Notes: generated by a model not told the origin, from the sequence alone. A stretch of 53,081 nucleotides of DNA from Rickettsia typhi (GCA_945875925.1 CAMCME010000004.1:1-53081); one strand, 5' to 3'; positions 9,560 to 21,200 are shown, numbered from the stretch's first letter. Numbers and translations are program-made.

Positions 9560-9820
9560 ATGGCATCTTGCGTTGTGTAATAATTCCCGCTGCGTCAATT
9601 GCGGCGTTAAGTGCGGCGGTGACGAATTTAACGGGCCAAAAAGTTTAATCGCGATTACATCTTTTGCTAAAATCTCAGACAGACGAATTCCGGCATCAAA
9701 GCCTTTGGCAAAGATTTCCAATTGCCAATCTTCAAAAAACAACTCAACCGTTATTTTAGGATATTTTTTATTAAAACTTTTGATCAGTGGCGCTAGATAA
9801 GATAAATAATTCGCGGAAAT
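9560..9820 (-). pseudogene. LysR-family regulator remnant (substrate-binding domain)
   Basis: SYLAPLIKSFNKKYPKITVELFFED...KGFDAGIRLSEILAKDVIAIKLFGP, then frameshift to KFVTAA; no HTH or start codon; divergent from the ADH gene. Confidence 0.7.
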
Positions 9821-9932
9821 TATTACTTAAAGGTTCGTGAAGAAATATAGGATTTTGTTTAATAATATTTCTGTCTATTAATTAAGTAATTAAAAATTTT
9901 TGGCGATTTATCACCTTATAGCAAATAGCAAT

Positions 9933-9997
9933 GAGTTCGCCAATAACCCCCAACCCTCCTTTTCAAGGAGGTTTTGTGGGTGGTTATTCGCGAACTC
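9933..9997. repeat. Palindromic REP-like element (cctcctt...aaggagg core)
   Basis: gagttcgc.aataacc ... ggttatt.gcgaactc; related to 33861-34168. Confidence 0.7.
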
Positions 9998-10081
9998 TTA
10001 CTTTAAATTACGAACTTATCTTCAAGTGATAATTACCAAAATTTTTACTTTTTAATTAACAACCAAATAACAGGAAATCAT

Positions 10082-11125
10082 ATGATCAAAGCAAAAGGAA
10101 TCGCTGCTCAATCAGCAAAATCAAAGCTTGCACCATTTTCATTTGAACGCAGAGACGCTAAAGAAAATGATGTTGTAATTGATATTAAATTTTGCGGAAT
10201 TTGTCATTCCGACATTCATCAAGCTAAAGATGAATGGGGTGGATCAATGTTTCCAATGGTTCCGGGACATGAAATTGCAGGTGTTGTGCGCGCTGTTGGA
10301 TCAAAAGTTAATAAATATAAAGTGGGCGATCAGGTTGGTGTGGGATGCTTTGTTGATTCATGCCGCACCTGTTCAAGCTGTAAACAAGATCTTGAACAAT
10401 ATTGTTTGGATGGAATGACAGGAACTTACAACGCCATTGAACGAGATGGAAAAACTCCAACTCAAGGCGGATATAGTGATGTAATTGTGGTGAACGAAAA
10501 TTATGTTTTAAAAATTCCAAGCTCAATTCCACTAGACAAAGCCGCGCCACTTCTATGTGCAGGCGTTACACTTTATTCGCCATTAACTCACTGGAAAGCA
10601 GGACCTGGAAAAAAAGTTGCAATTCTAGGACTTGGCGGTTTGGGCCATATGGGCGTGAAAATTGCCCGCGCACTTGGCGCTGATGTTACAGTTTTAAGCC
10701 ATTCTGAAAAGAAGCGCGAAGACTCTTTAAAAATGGGTGCTCATCATTTCGTTTCAACTCATGACAAAGAAAATTTCAGCAAATATGCCAGCCATTTTGA
10801 CTTAATCATCAACACAGTTTCTGCCGAAATTAACATGAATGATTATTTTGAATTGCTGAAACTTGATGGCACTTTGGTGGTAGTGGGCGTTCCTGAAAAA
10901 CCACTTTCAATTCATCCATTTCCATTAATCATGAAACGCCGAAGCTATTCTGGATCAGTGATTGGCGGCATTAAAGAAACTCAAGAAATGTTAGATTTTT
11001 GCGCTAAACATAACATTACCCCAGAAATTGAAGTGATCTCACCAGATCAAGTTAACGAAGCTTATGAAAGAGTTTTGAAAAGCGATGTGCGTTATCGTTT
11101 TGTGATTGATATGGCGAAAATTTAA
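10082..11125 (+). CDS. Zn-dependent NAD(P) alcohol dehydrogenase (cinnamyl-ADH/YahK-like)
   Basis: CHSD, GHE, four-Cys Zn lobe, GLGGLG, RYRFVID. Confidence 0.93.
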   Translation: MIKAKGIAAQSAKSKLAPFSFERRDAKENDVVIDIKFCGICHSDIHQAKDEWGGSMFPMVPGHEIAGVVRAVGSKVNKYKVGDQVGVGCFVDSCRTCSSCKQDLEQYCLDGMTGTYNAIERDGKTPTQGGYSDVIVVNENYVLKIPSSIPLDKAAPLLCAGVTLYSPLTHWKAGPGKKVAILGLGGLGHMGVKIARALGADVTVLSHSEKKREDSLKMGAHHFVSTHDKENFSKYASHFDLIINTVSAEINMNDYFELLKLDGTLVVVGVPEKPLSIHPFPLIMKRRSYSGSVIGGIKETQEMLDFCAKHNITPEIEVISPDQVNEAYERVLKSDVRYRFVIDMAKI

Positions 11126-11130
11126 TTGCG

Positions 11131-11225
11131 AAAACTGTCATCACACTTCACAAGTAAGTGTTGTCATCTCGAGGGAAGCGAGAGATCTCATGAGGTCTTT
11201 CAATAAAGTTCGAGATGACAGTTTT
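11131..11225. repeat. gtcat...atgac REP-like palindrome
   Basis: tgtcatctcga/tcgagatgaca arms with internal gagatctc. Confidence 0.7.
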
Positions 11226-11235
11226 AAATCCAGGC

Positions 11236-11312
11236 AAAGGGGTCTGGTCGATTATATGACATAAAAATTTTTAATTTTTAATGTCATATTAATTAATCGA
11301 TCTGACCCCTTT
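11236..11312. repeat. ggggtc...gacccc palindrome
   Basis: aaaggggtctggtcgatta...taatcgatctgaccccttt. Confidence 0.75.
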
Positions 11313-11360
11313 TCTCATTTTGCGAGCCTGAATTAGGCTCGCTGAGATTTGAATATTTTA

Positions 11361-11517
11361 TACCAAAACATAAATTTATACTCTCATCCAACTTCGTATT
11401 TTTGGTAAAAATTTACTCGAAGAATAACTCTGTATCACTTGATAAAGCGGTATTCTTTGTCGCAATTTTTCCTCAAAAATACTTTGTTGGCTGGGAGTAT
11501 AAATTTATGTTTTGGTG
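11361..11517. mobile_element. ERIC-like element, copy B (157 bp, TA duplication), reverse orientation relative to A
   Basis: taccaaaacataaatttatactc...gagtataaatttatgttttggtg; internal motifs shared with A and C. Confidence 0.88.
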
Positions 11518-11536
11518 TAGAAAAGATTTTCCAATC

Positions 11537-12088
11537 CTACAAGTTCTTCTCAATTGCCTGAATAACTTCTTTTGACTGCGGTTCGGTGGCTGAAGAAAAC
11601 CAAGTGATGAAATCGCCGTTTTTATCAATCAGATATTTGTGAAAATTCCATTTTGGGGAAGCAAAAAAACCAGCTTGATTATTGGCCCAGACATAAAATG
11701 GGTGGGCATCTTCACCTTTTACTTTGGCAATTTCAGTTAGTGGAAAAGTTACATGAAATTCTTTTTGGGTGAAATCTTTTACCTTTTGCAATTCGCCAAA
11801 TTCTTGGTTGCCAAAATCGTTTGAAGGCACGCCAATTATGATTAAACCCCTAGATTTATATTTTTCGTAGAGAGACTGTAAACCAGTATATTGAGGCGTG
11901 AAGCCACATTTTGAAGCAGTGTTTACTACCAGAATCAACTTGCCGCGATATTGCGACAAATCGATTTCTTTGCCGTCAATTCCGTTGAAAGAAAATTGGT
12001 AAGCATTCTTAGAGCTAACTTTAGCAAAGCTTTCTTGGCTTGAGCAAAAAAACAAAAACAGGCTCAAAAATATTTTATAAATTTTCAT
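11537..12088 (-). CDS. Glutathione peroxidase family protein (exported; start inferred at 12088)
   Basis: NTASKCGFTPQY, PSNDFGNQE, WNFHKYL. Confidence 0.92.
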   Translation of the reverse strand: MKIYKIFLSLFLFFCSSQESFAKVSSKNAYQFSFNGIDGKEIDLSQYRGKLILVVNTASKCGFTPQYTGLQSLYEKYKSRGLIIIGVPSNDFGNQEFGELQKVKDFTQKEFHVTFPLTEIAKVKGEDAHPFYVWANNQAGFFASPKWNFHKYLIDKNGDFITWFSSATEPQSKEVIQAIEKNL

Positions 12089-12217
12089 AATTTTAAAATT
12101 TCTAGTTAGTTCAAAATCTGGAAAGAGTTTAATTTCGATGCTCTCTTGCTGCATACAAAAAATTCAGAGATACCTTATGAGCCAATAAAAAAACAAAATT
12201 CAATAGGAAATTTGGGG

Positions 12218-12289
12218 AAATCTGGGGACGGTATAATATTAATCATCAACAAATTTTGAGATAATCAATTTTATACTGTCCCCAGATTT
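12218..12289. repeat. ggggac...gtcccc palindrome upstream of the Fic/type I cassette
   Basis: aaatctggggacggtataa / ttatactgtccccagattt. Confidence 0.75.
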
Positions 12290-12592
12290 ACGAATCTAAA
12301 ACGGAATTTAAAAAACTAGGAATATCATTAAAACACTTAATTCTAGACTTTGGAGAGAATTACACATGATGAGTATGAAAAAAAGTAACCGAGCTAAAGG
12401 AAATACAAAGACAATTTAATGCTGAATTAAAGAGTGACTCTCCATCCTGTATATGTTTCGAACTGAGAGGTATGAGGAGGTGATGAATTTTGGAACTATT
12501 ACTCAGAGATTTAAGTTTTAACAAAAATTTAATAGTATTTTATTCGCAGTTTGTTAGCATTAACTCTACCAACAAATTTAAGAACGAATCTA

Positions 12593-13711
12593 ATGACATT
12601 CGCACCAAAATTTCAGATTACAGCGGCCATCTCAAAAAGTCTGATGACCGTTGAGGCAAACAAGGAGGTGGTAAATAGCCTTCCAATTACGCCTAAGATT
12701 TTAGCGTCACTTCGGGAAAGTGCGAAGTTGATTACTACGCATTATTCAACGATGATTGAAGGCAATAAGTTGAATGAAAAAGAAATTATTAAGGTCGTCA
12801 AAAGCAAGTCCGTTGGCAAAATCAAACGAAATATAAACCCTAGGCAGCGAGATGAAAAAGAAGTTTTGGGATATTATGCAGCCCTTGAACATGTTCATCA
12901 AATCGCCGATAAAAACCCACTTCTGAATGAAAAAATAATCCAAACCATTCACGCAATTGTGATGAGTTCTGGAAATCCAAAAGCCAAGCCAACTAAATAT
13001 CGTGATGGTCAGAATGTTATTCGCGACAGCTCGAGTGGCGCAATATTTTACATGCCGCCAGAAGCGAAAGATGTAGCAGCTTTGATGTTGCAAATGACCA
13101 ATTGGATCAACAAAGAATTGGCAAAAAAAGATTTACCCCTTCCAATCATTGCCGCAATCGCTCACTACCAATTCGCCACCATTCACCCTTACTACGACGG
13201 CAACGGCAGAACCGCTCGACTTCTCACAACTCTTATCCTCCACCTCAGCGGCTACGGCTTAAAAGGCATTTACTGCTTGGAAGAATATTACGCCAAAGAT
13301 TTAGGTTCTTACTACCAAGCCTTAAGCATTGGCAATCATCACAATTACTACATGGGAAGAGCTAAAAGCGACATCACCAGCTTCATTGAATATTTTTGCA
13401 CCGGCATGGCGAAGGCTTTTGAAAGCGTTAGAAAAAACATTGTTGCCAGCTTACAAAATAAAGGTGATGAAAGTGACAAATCAGATCTGCTTTATCATCT
13501 GGACGAAAGGCAAAAACGCGCTTTGGATTTATTCCTAAAACAAAAAATCATTACCACCAAAGACGTGGCATTGCTTTTTGGACTAAGTATCAGAGCTGCT
13601 AACAACATCTGTAACAAATGGCTTGAGGCGGGTTTTGTTGAAGCAAGCTCAGAAGCGAAAAAAAATCGTGGTTACTTTTTAGGGAAGAAGTGGCGTAAGT
13701 TGGTTGAGTGA
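12593..13711 (+). CDS. Fic family protein (class II) with C-terminal HTH
   Basis: HPYYDGNGRTAR catalytic motif; STMIEGN inhibitory motif; start inferred at ATG 12593. Confidence 0.9.
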   Translation: MTFAPKFQITAAISKSLMTVEANKEVVNSLPITPKILASLRESAKLITTHYSTMIEGNKLNEKEIIKVVKSKSVGKIKRNINPRQRDEKEVLGYYAALEHVHQIADKNPLLNEKIIQTIHAIVMSSGNPKAKPTKYRDGQNVIRDSSSGAIFYMPPEAKDVAALMLQMTNWINKELAKKDLPLPIIAAIAHYQFATIHPYYDGNGRTARLLTTLILHLSGYGLKGIYCLEEYYAKDLGSYYQALSIGNHHNYYMGRAKSDITSFIEYFCTGMAKAFESVRKNIVASLQNKGDESDKSDLLYHLDERQKRALDLFLKQKIITTKDVALLFGLSIRAANNICNKWLEAGFVEASSEAKKNRGYFLGKKWRKLVE

Positions 13712-13783
13712 TTTTATGGCAAAAGAACCTCGATCTCTTGTAAGAATATTTTTTATAAACAGCAGAACATTAAAATATAAGTT

Positions 13784-16150
13784 ATGAATCAATCCGCCCA
13801 CAACAAATCAATATCCTTAATTTGGTCAATAGCAGACGATTGTTTGCGCGATGTATATGTAAGAGGCAAATATCGTGATGTAATTTTACCAATGGTGGTT
13901 TTGCGCAGACTTGATGCTTTGCTTGAACCAACCAAGAAAGCGGTATTAGAGGAATTAGTTTTTCAAAAGGAAGAAGCGGGATTTACCGAGCTTGATGAAA
14001 ATGGCCTAAGACAAGCCAGCGGTTATGTATTTTATAATACCAGCCAGTGGACTTTACAGCGCCTGCATGATACAGCCACCAATAACCAACAAATCCTTCA
14101 GGCTAATTTTGAAGATTACTTAAACGGTTTTAGCAAAAACGTAAAAGAGATTATTGAGAAATTTAAACTCAAAAGCCAAGTAAGGCATATGGCGTCAAAA
14201 GATGTATTATTGAATGTCTTGGAAAAATTCACCTCACCTTACATCAACCTTACGCCTTTTGAAAAAAATGATCCTGATGGAAGAAAACTTCCACCTTTGA
14301 CCAATCTAGGAATGGGTTATATATTTGAAGAATTGATCCGCAAATTCAACGAAGACAATAACGAAGAAGCCGGAGAACATTTTACGCCTCGCGAAGTTAT
14401 CGACTTAATGACGCACATTATTTTTGAACCAGTAAAAGACCAACTTCCTCCCGTGATGACAATTTACGACCCAGCTTGTGGTAGCGGCGGCATGCTTACG
14501 GAATCTCAAAATTTTATCAAAGATGAAGATGGTGAAATAAAGGCAACGGGTGACGTGTATTTATATGGCAAAGAAATAAACGACGAAACCTACGCTATTT
14601 GCAAATCAGACATGATGATCAAGGGAAACAACCCCGAAAATATTCGTGTTGGTTCCACACTTTCTACAGATGAATTTGCAGGCACCACTTTTGATTACAT
14701 GCTTTCAAATCCACCTTACGGAAAATCTTGGGCAAGTGAGCAAAAATTTATCAAAGACGGAAAAGACATTATCGACCCGCGCTTTAAAATCAGACTGGAA
14801 AACTATTGGGGCGCTGAAGAAGATGCAGACGCAACGCCTCGTTCATCAGATGGGCAATTGCTTTTCTTGATGGAAATGGTGAAGAAGATGAAATCTCTCA
14901 CGCAAAGCCCAATGGGCTCTCGCATTGCCTCGGTTCATAATGGCAGCAGTTTATTTACGGGTGATGCTGGCGGAGGCGAAAGCAACATTCGCAGATACAT
15001 CATAGAAAACGATTGGTTGGAAGCCATCGTGCAAATGCCAAACAACTTATTTTATAATACGGGCATCACCACCTATATTTGGATTTTAAGCAACAACAAA
15101 GCCGCTAACAGAAAAGGCAAAGTGCAATTGATTGACGCCAGTTTGTTGTTTCGAAAACTCCGTAAAAATTTAGGAAATAAAAATTGTGAATTTGCGCCCG
15201 AACATATCCGCGAAATCGTGTCGGTATATGAAAAAATGCAAGTCGTTGAACGCGCTTTAAATAAAGAAACCAAAGAAGAAAAAGGAATCGCTGCTCAAAT
15301 TTTTGATAACAAGGATTTTGGCTATTACAAAGTAACAATCGAGCGACCAAAAAGATTAAAATCTCAATTTACCAATGAACGCATTGCCGAACTGCGCTTT
15401 GACAAAACCTTGCGTGATCCAATGATCTGGGCTTTTGAAACCTTTGGTGAAAAAGTTTATACCGACATCGCGAAGCACGAAAAAGAAATTGTTGATTGGT
15501 GCGAAAAAAACGAGCTTAACCTAAACGCCAAACAAATCAAAACTTTGACAAACGAAGCTTTGTGGAAGAAGCAGTTGGAATTATTAAATGTTGCAATTGA
15601 GTTGATGCAAACCATCGGCAATGTTGAATCTAGCGATTTTAATTTGTTTAAAGAAAAGGTGGATGAGGCATTAAAAGCTAAAAAAGCAAAACTCTCTTCT
15701 TCAGAAAAAAACGCTATTTTGAATGCGGTTAGTTGGTACGATGCCAGCGCCAAAAAAGTATTAAAAAGCACAACCAAAATAACTGGCGATAAGTTAGAAA
15801 AATTACTAAATCATTTAGAATGCAAAGAATCTGAACTCGTCAATTACGGCTATTTTGCCACCGATAAAAAAGGCGAATACACAGAATATGAAACCGAAAG
15901 CGACTTGCGCGACAGCGAAAATGTGCCACTTAAAGAGAATATTCACGAATATTTTTTACGCGAAGTAAGACCGCATGTTAGCGAGGCTTGGATAAATTTA
16001 GACGCCACTAAAATTGGTTATGAAATCAGCTTTAACAAATATTTCTATCGTCACAAACCTTTGCGAGAAATTGAGGAAGTAAGTCGTGATATTTTAAAAC
16101 TCGAAGAATTAAGCGATGGTTTGATTCGTGAAATCTTGAATCTTGTTTAG
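13784..16150 (+). CDS. hsdM: Type I RM methyltransferase subunit
   Basis: GEHFTP, YDPACGSGG, NPPYG, KIGYEISF. Confidence 0.95.
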   Translation: MNQSAHNKSISLIWSIADDCLRDVYVRGKYRDVILPMVVLRRLDALLEPTKKAVLEELVFQKEEAGFTELDENGLRQASGYVFYNTSQWTLQRLHDTATNNQQILQANFEDYLNGFSKNVKEIIEKFKLKSQVRHMASKDVLLNVLEKFTSPYINLTPFEKNDPDGRKLPPLTNLGMGYIFEELIRKFNEDNNEEAGEHFTPREVIDLMTHIIFEPVKDQLPPVMTIYDPACGSGGMLTESQNFIKDEDGEIKATGDVYLYGKEINDETYAICKSDMMIKGNNPENIRVGSTLSTDEFAGTTFDYMLSNPPYGKSWASEQKFIKDGKDIIDPRFKIRLENYWGAEEDADATPRSSDGQLLFLMEMVKKMKSLTQSPMGSRIASVHNGSSLFTGDAGGGESNIRRYIIENDWLEAIVQMPNNLFYNTGITTYIWILSNNKAANRKGKVQLIDASLLFRKLRKNLGNKNCEFAPEHIREIVSVYEKMQVVERALNKETKEEKGIAAQIFDNKDFGYYKVTIERPKRLKSQFTNERIAELRFDKTLRDPMIWAFETFGEKVYTDIAKHEKEIVDWCEKNELNLNAKQIKTLTNEALWKKQLELLNVAIELMQTIGNVESSDFNLFKEKVDEALKAKKAKLSSSEKNAILNAVSWYDASAKKVLKSTTKITGDKLEKLLNHLECKESELVNYGYFATDKKGEYTEYETESDLRDSENVPLKENIHEYFLREVRPHVSEAWINLDATKIGYEISFNKYFYRHKPLREIEEVSRDILKLEELSDGLIREILNLV

Positions 16151-16977
16151 TGGAAAAATTTATGTTATTTGATTTGGAATATAAAAATTGGATTATTGAA
16201 GTAAAATCAAAGATCCGCGCAACTCAAATGAAAGCGGCAATGGCGGTAAACGCTACTGTTATTGAGTTTTATTGGGAATTAGGAAAAATGATTGCCAAAA
16301 AGCAAACGGCCTGGGGAACAAAGTTTTTAGACCAATTATCAAAAGATTTACAAACAGAATTTCCTGACATGAAAGGCTTTTCCAAAACTAATCTTAAATA
16401 TTGTAAGCTTTTTTATAATAAATTTCCAATTCGTCCCCAAATTGAGGACGAATTACTAACGATAAGCCCAAAGCCTGAAGACGAAATGTTCTTTAATCTG
16501 GCGAAGCAAATTCCTTGGGGCCACATTAAGTTAATAATTGACAAAGTAAAAGATGTCGCGACAGCCCAATTTTATATTCAGCAAACCATTGAAAATGCTT
16601 GGGGTAGAGAAACCTTAGCGCTACAAATAAAATCGCAATTGAACGAGCGAAAAGGCAAGGCAATTAGTAATTTTAAAAATACGCTGTCGCAACCCATGTC
16701 GGATTTAGCCCAGCAAACATTAAAAGACCCTTATAATTTTGATTTTCTGGCAATGGATGCAAATATGAGAGAACGAGATTTAGAAAATCAGTTGGTAAAA
16801 CATATCTCTAAATTTTTGTTAGAGCTGGGTAAGGGCTTCGCTATTGCCAAACCCATTGGTGTTAGCGAATTTAGCTTTACCGAAATTTTGCCCGAAGAAC
16901 TTAAAAGCAGTTTGCCAACCATTGAAGAATTGGAGCAAGAATTTAAAAACCTTAGCACAAATAGCGATGAAAATTAA
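16150..16977 (+). CDS. YhcG/DUF1016 family protein with apparent in-frame loss of the nuclease core
   Basis: YWELG, KGFS..NL, IPWGH, KDPYNFDFL, LLELGKGFA joined directly to IAKPIGVSEF. Confidence 0.85.
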   Translation: MEKFMLFDLEYKNWIIEVKSKIRATQMKAAMAVNATVIEFYWELGKMIAKKQTAWGTKFLDQLSKDLQTEFPDMKGFSKTNLKYCKLFYNKFPIRPQIEDELLTISPKPEDEMFFNLAKQIPWGHIKLIIDKVKDVATAQFYIQQTIENAWGRETLALQIKSQLNERKGKAISNFKNTLSQPMSDLAQQTLKDPYNFDFLAMDANMRERDLENQLVKHISKFLLELGKGFAIAKPIGVSEFSFTEILPEELKSSLPTIEELEQEFKNLSTNSDEN

Positions 16978-18235
16978 TTTACAAAAATATTCCGAATATA
17001 AGGATTCAGGGGTGGAGTGGTTGGATAAGATTCCTAATCATTGGGATAGCGTTCGAATGAAGCATTTATTTAAGGATGTTTCTGTTAAGAAAATGGGGGA
17101 TACTGAATTGTTATCTGTTACGCAAGACCAAGGTGTAGTCCCAAGATCGTGGGTAGAAAACAGAATGGTAATGCCATCTGGAGCATTGGAATCATTTAAG
17201 TTTATTAATAAGGGCGATTTTGCCATTAGCTTAAGATCATTTGAAGGTGGGCTAGAATATTGTCACCATGACGGCATCATTAGTCCTGCCTACACTGTTT
17301 TAAAGGCAAAAAGAAATTTTGAGAGTCAATTTTATAAATACCTTTTTAAAAGTTTTTCGTTCATTTCAGAATTGCAGACAAGTGTTGTAGGAATAAGGCA
17401 GGGTAAAAATATAAGTTTTGAAGAGCTTTCTTATTCATATCTACCAATTCCACCTAAAGAAGAACAAACCGCCATCGCCAACTTTCTCGATCGTAAAACG
17501 GCTTTGATTGATCAGGCGGTTGATATCAAACAAAAACAAATAGAGCTGCTGAAAGAGCGCAGACAAATACTCATACACAAAGCCGTAACCCGAGGCCTAA
17601 ACCCCAACACAAAACTAAAAGACAGCGGCGTAGAATGGATTGGTCAAATCCCGGAACATTGGGAGGTGAAGAAGCTCAAGTATGTTGCGAGTTTAATATC
17701 TGTAAAAATGGCAAGCAAAGGAAGCGCGTTGAGCTATATTGGAATGGAAAATATTGAATCGTGGACAGGAAGGTTTATTTCAACAGAGGCGGAAAATGAA
17801 GGATTGGCAAGCTATTTTATAGAAGGCGATATTTTATTTGGTAAGTTGAGGCCGTATTTAGCAAAAGTATATTTAGCAAAAGGAGAGGGAATTTGCTCTA
17901 CAGAATTCCTTGTATATAGGGCAAAAGAATTAGTCCGTAATTGGTACCTCAATTTGTTAATGCAATCATTTGAGTTTATAAAGTTAATCGATTCCTCTAC
18001 TTATGGATCAAAAATGCCAAGAGCAAATTCAGACTTTATCGGAAATCAATTAATACCAATTCCTCCTAAGCAAGAACAAGTTGGAATTCTAGAATACATC
18101 GAAACCGCCACCGCCAAAATCGCCGCCGCAATCTCCCTCAAAGAGCAAGAAATCGAGAAACTAAAAGAATATAAATCCACCTTAATCAACAGCGCCGTAA
18201 CGGGTAAAATAAAAATAAGTAATTATGCCAAGTAA
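16967..18235 (+). CDS. hsdS: Type I RM specificity subunit
   Basis: Two TRDs; repeated KDSGVEW..IP.HW and PP..EQ; AVTG at the C-terminus. Confidence 0.93.
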   Translation: MKINLQKYSEYKDSGVEWLDKIPNHWDSVRMKHLFKDVSVKKMGDTELLSVTQDQGVVPRSWVENRMVMPSGALESFKFINKGDFAISLRSFEGGLEYCHHDGIISPAYTVLKAKRNFESQFYKYLFKSFSFISELQTSVVGIRQGKNISFEELSYSYLPIPPKEEQTAIANFLDRKTALIDQAVDIKQKQIELLKERRQILIHKAVTRGLNPNTKLKDSGVEWIGQIPEHWEVKKLKYVASLISVKMASKGSALSYIGMENIESWTGRFISTEAENEGLASYFIEGDILFGKLRPYLAKVYLAKGEGICSTEFLVYRAKELVRNWYLNLLMQSFEFIKLIDSSTYGSKMPRANSDFIGNQLIPIPPKQEQVGILEYIETATAKIAAAISLKEQEIEKLKEYKSTLINSAVTGKIKISNYAK

Positions 18236-21200
18236 AACAAACGAGAAGGCGCTTGAAGCCACTATTGAAAAAAGCCTTACGGGCATTTGCCTTGAAGAAC
18301 TTAAGGAGCAAAATATTTCTGCGCGCGCCATAAATGAAAAAGCCGATTACCGCGCAGGCAACGGCTATTACATTGGCTTGCCCGAAGATTTTAACGCAAA
18401 GTTTGCCATAGACGAACAACGCTTTTGGAATTTTTTACAAACCACCCAAAAAGACGAACTTGCCAAATTACAAAAACAAAACGAATGGCAAAGCGACTGG
18501 AAATTAAAAATTCTAGAACGGCTTGATCGCATGATTAAAAAATATGGCATTTTGCACTTGTTTCGCAAAGGGCTAGATGTTGATGATGCACATTTTACTT
18601 TGCTATATCCTTTGCCTTTGGCCAGCAGCAGCGAAGTGGTAAAAACTAATTTTGAAAATAACCAATTTAGCTCAACACGCCAACTTTGCTATTCTCTCAC
18701 CAACAGCAAAGAAGAAATAGACATGGTGCTTTTTGTTAATGGTTTGCCATTTGCCACCATGGAATTGAAGAATGCTTGGACGGGGCAAAACGCCAAAGTT
18801 CATGGCCAAAATCAATATAAATTCACCAGAGATATTACCCAGCCTTTGTTAAATTTCGGTCGTTGTCTTGTGCATTTTGCCGTAGATACCGACGAGGTTT
18901 ATATGACGACACGATTAAGCGGAAAAGACACCTTCTTTTTGCCGTTTAATTTAGGTCAGAAAGAGCCATTATTTGGTAAAGGAAATCCAATTAATCCGTT
19001 TGGGCATAAAACTTCTTATTTATGGGAAGAAATATTTAGTCGAAACAGCGTTGCTAATATCATTCAACATTTTGTTCGCTTTGACGGCAAAGAAGGCGAT
19101 CAATTAAACAAAAAAACTTTGTATTTTCCGCGTTATCACCAATTAGATGTGGTGCGCAAAATTATTGCCGATGCTAGTAAAAAAGGGGTTGGGCAAACTT
19201 ATTTAATTCAACATTCTGCTGGTTCAGGCAAATCAAATTCTATCACTTGGGCAGCTTATCAATTAATAGAAACTTATCCTGAAAGTGATTCTGTTTCGGG
19301 GAGTAAAGGAATTTCTAATCCGCTGTTTGATTCTGTGATAGTTGTAACGGATAGAAGGTTGTTAGACAAGCAACTGCGAGAAAATATTAAAGAATTTTCG
19401 GAAGTGAAAAATATTGTTGCGCCCGCTTATTCATCAAAGGAGCTAAAAGAAAGTTTAGAGAGTGGTAAAAAAATCATCATTACCACTATTCAAAAATTCC
19501 CGTTCATCGTTGATGGTATTGCAGATTTAAGCGATAAGCGCTTTGCCGTAATTATTGATGAAGCCCATAGCAGCCAAGGCGGAACAGCGGCGGGCAGAAT
19601 GAATCAGGCGATGGGAAATGCTTTGGTAGAAAGCGATGAGGAAGAACAAGACGCTCAAGATAAGATTTTGGAAGCTATGCGTTCGCAAAGAATGCGTGGT
19701 AATGCTTCTTATTTGGCATTTACCGCCACTCCTAAAAACAATACTTTAGAGCGTTTTGGCGTGAAGCAAATGGATGGGAAATTCAAGCCTTTTCATCTAT
19801 ATTCCATGAAGCAAGCCATAGAAGAAGGCTTTATTTTAGATGTGCTGGCAAATTATACGACTTACAAAAGTTATTACGAAATTGAAAAGTCGATACAGGA
19901 AAATCCTTTGTTTGATACTGTTAAGGCGCAAAAGAAGTTAAGAACTAGCGTAGAACAAAATACACAAACCATTGCTACCAAAGCGGAAATTATGCTCGAC
20001 CACTTTATAGCAAAGTTGGTAAATACAAAAAAGTTAAAAGGAAAAGCAAAGGCAATTGTAGCTACGCAAAGCATAGAATCAGCCATCAATTATTATTCTG
20101 CACTTAAGAAGCTGCTGGAAGAAAGGGGTAATCCGTTCAAAATAGCCATAGCTTTTTCTGGGGTGAAAAAAATAAAAGGCATTGAATATACCGAAGACAG
20201 CATCAACGACTTTCCGGCAAATTTAGATAATACAAAACCATCTGATCCGGGATATATTAGCGATAAAATAGCGCGCTATTTTGATAAGGATGAATATCGA
20301 ATTTTAGTGGTGGCGAACAAATATCTAACTGGCTATGACCAGCCAAAATTAACCGCAATGTATGTTGATAAAAAGCTTCAAGGCGTGATTGCTGTTCAAG
20401 CTTTATCAAGGTTGAATCGATCATCGGACAAGCTGGGTAAAAAGACGGAGGATTTGTTCGTTTTAGATTTTTACAACACAGTTGAAGATATAAAAAAATC
20501 TTTTGATCCATTTTATACGGCAACTTCATTAAGCGAAGCTACCGACATCAATGTGCTGCACGAATTGAAATCAAATCTTGATGATGTTGGTGTTTATGAA
20601 TTAAGCGAAGTAGAAGACTTCGTCGAGAAGTATTTCAAAGGAGTTAACGCTCAAGAGTTAAGCTCTCTTATTGATGTTGCGGCAGAAAGGTTTAATGCTG
20701 CTTTGGAATTGGAAGATAAAGAAAAAGCGGACTATAAAATTAAAGCAAAACACTTTGTAAAAATTTATGGTCAGATGGCTTCTATTTTGCCTTACGAGGT
20801 GGTTGCTTGGGAAAAATTATTTTGGTTTTTAAAATTTTTAATTCCCAAACTTATCATTGTAGATAATGAAAAAGATGCTTTGGACAGTTTGTTAAATTCG
20901 GTCGATCTTTCAACTTATGGATTAGAGAGAGTAAAGCTTAATGTCTCTATCGGTCTTGACTCAACAGAAACCGAGGTTGATCCGCAAAATCCAAATCCAA
21001 GAGGTGCGCATGGAGATGGTGCTGAAAAAGATGAATTAGATTTGATCATCAAAAGCTTTAATGAAAGATGGTTTCAGGTTTGGGAAGCCACGCCAGATGA
21101 GCGACGCGCCAAACTTGTGAATTTTGCCCAAAAGATGAAAGAGCATAATGACTTTAAAGAAAAATATGCAAACAACGCGGATATTCAAAATAGAGAAATC

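Noticed and set aside
9573-9800. 75-aa Cys-containing plus-strand ORF
   Set aside because: Antisense shadow of the LysR pseudogene.
16844-16966. N-terminal extension of HsdS
   Set aside because: It overlaps the YhcG C-terminus; ATG 16967 gives a typical HsdS start.
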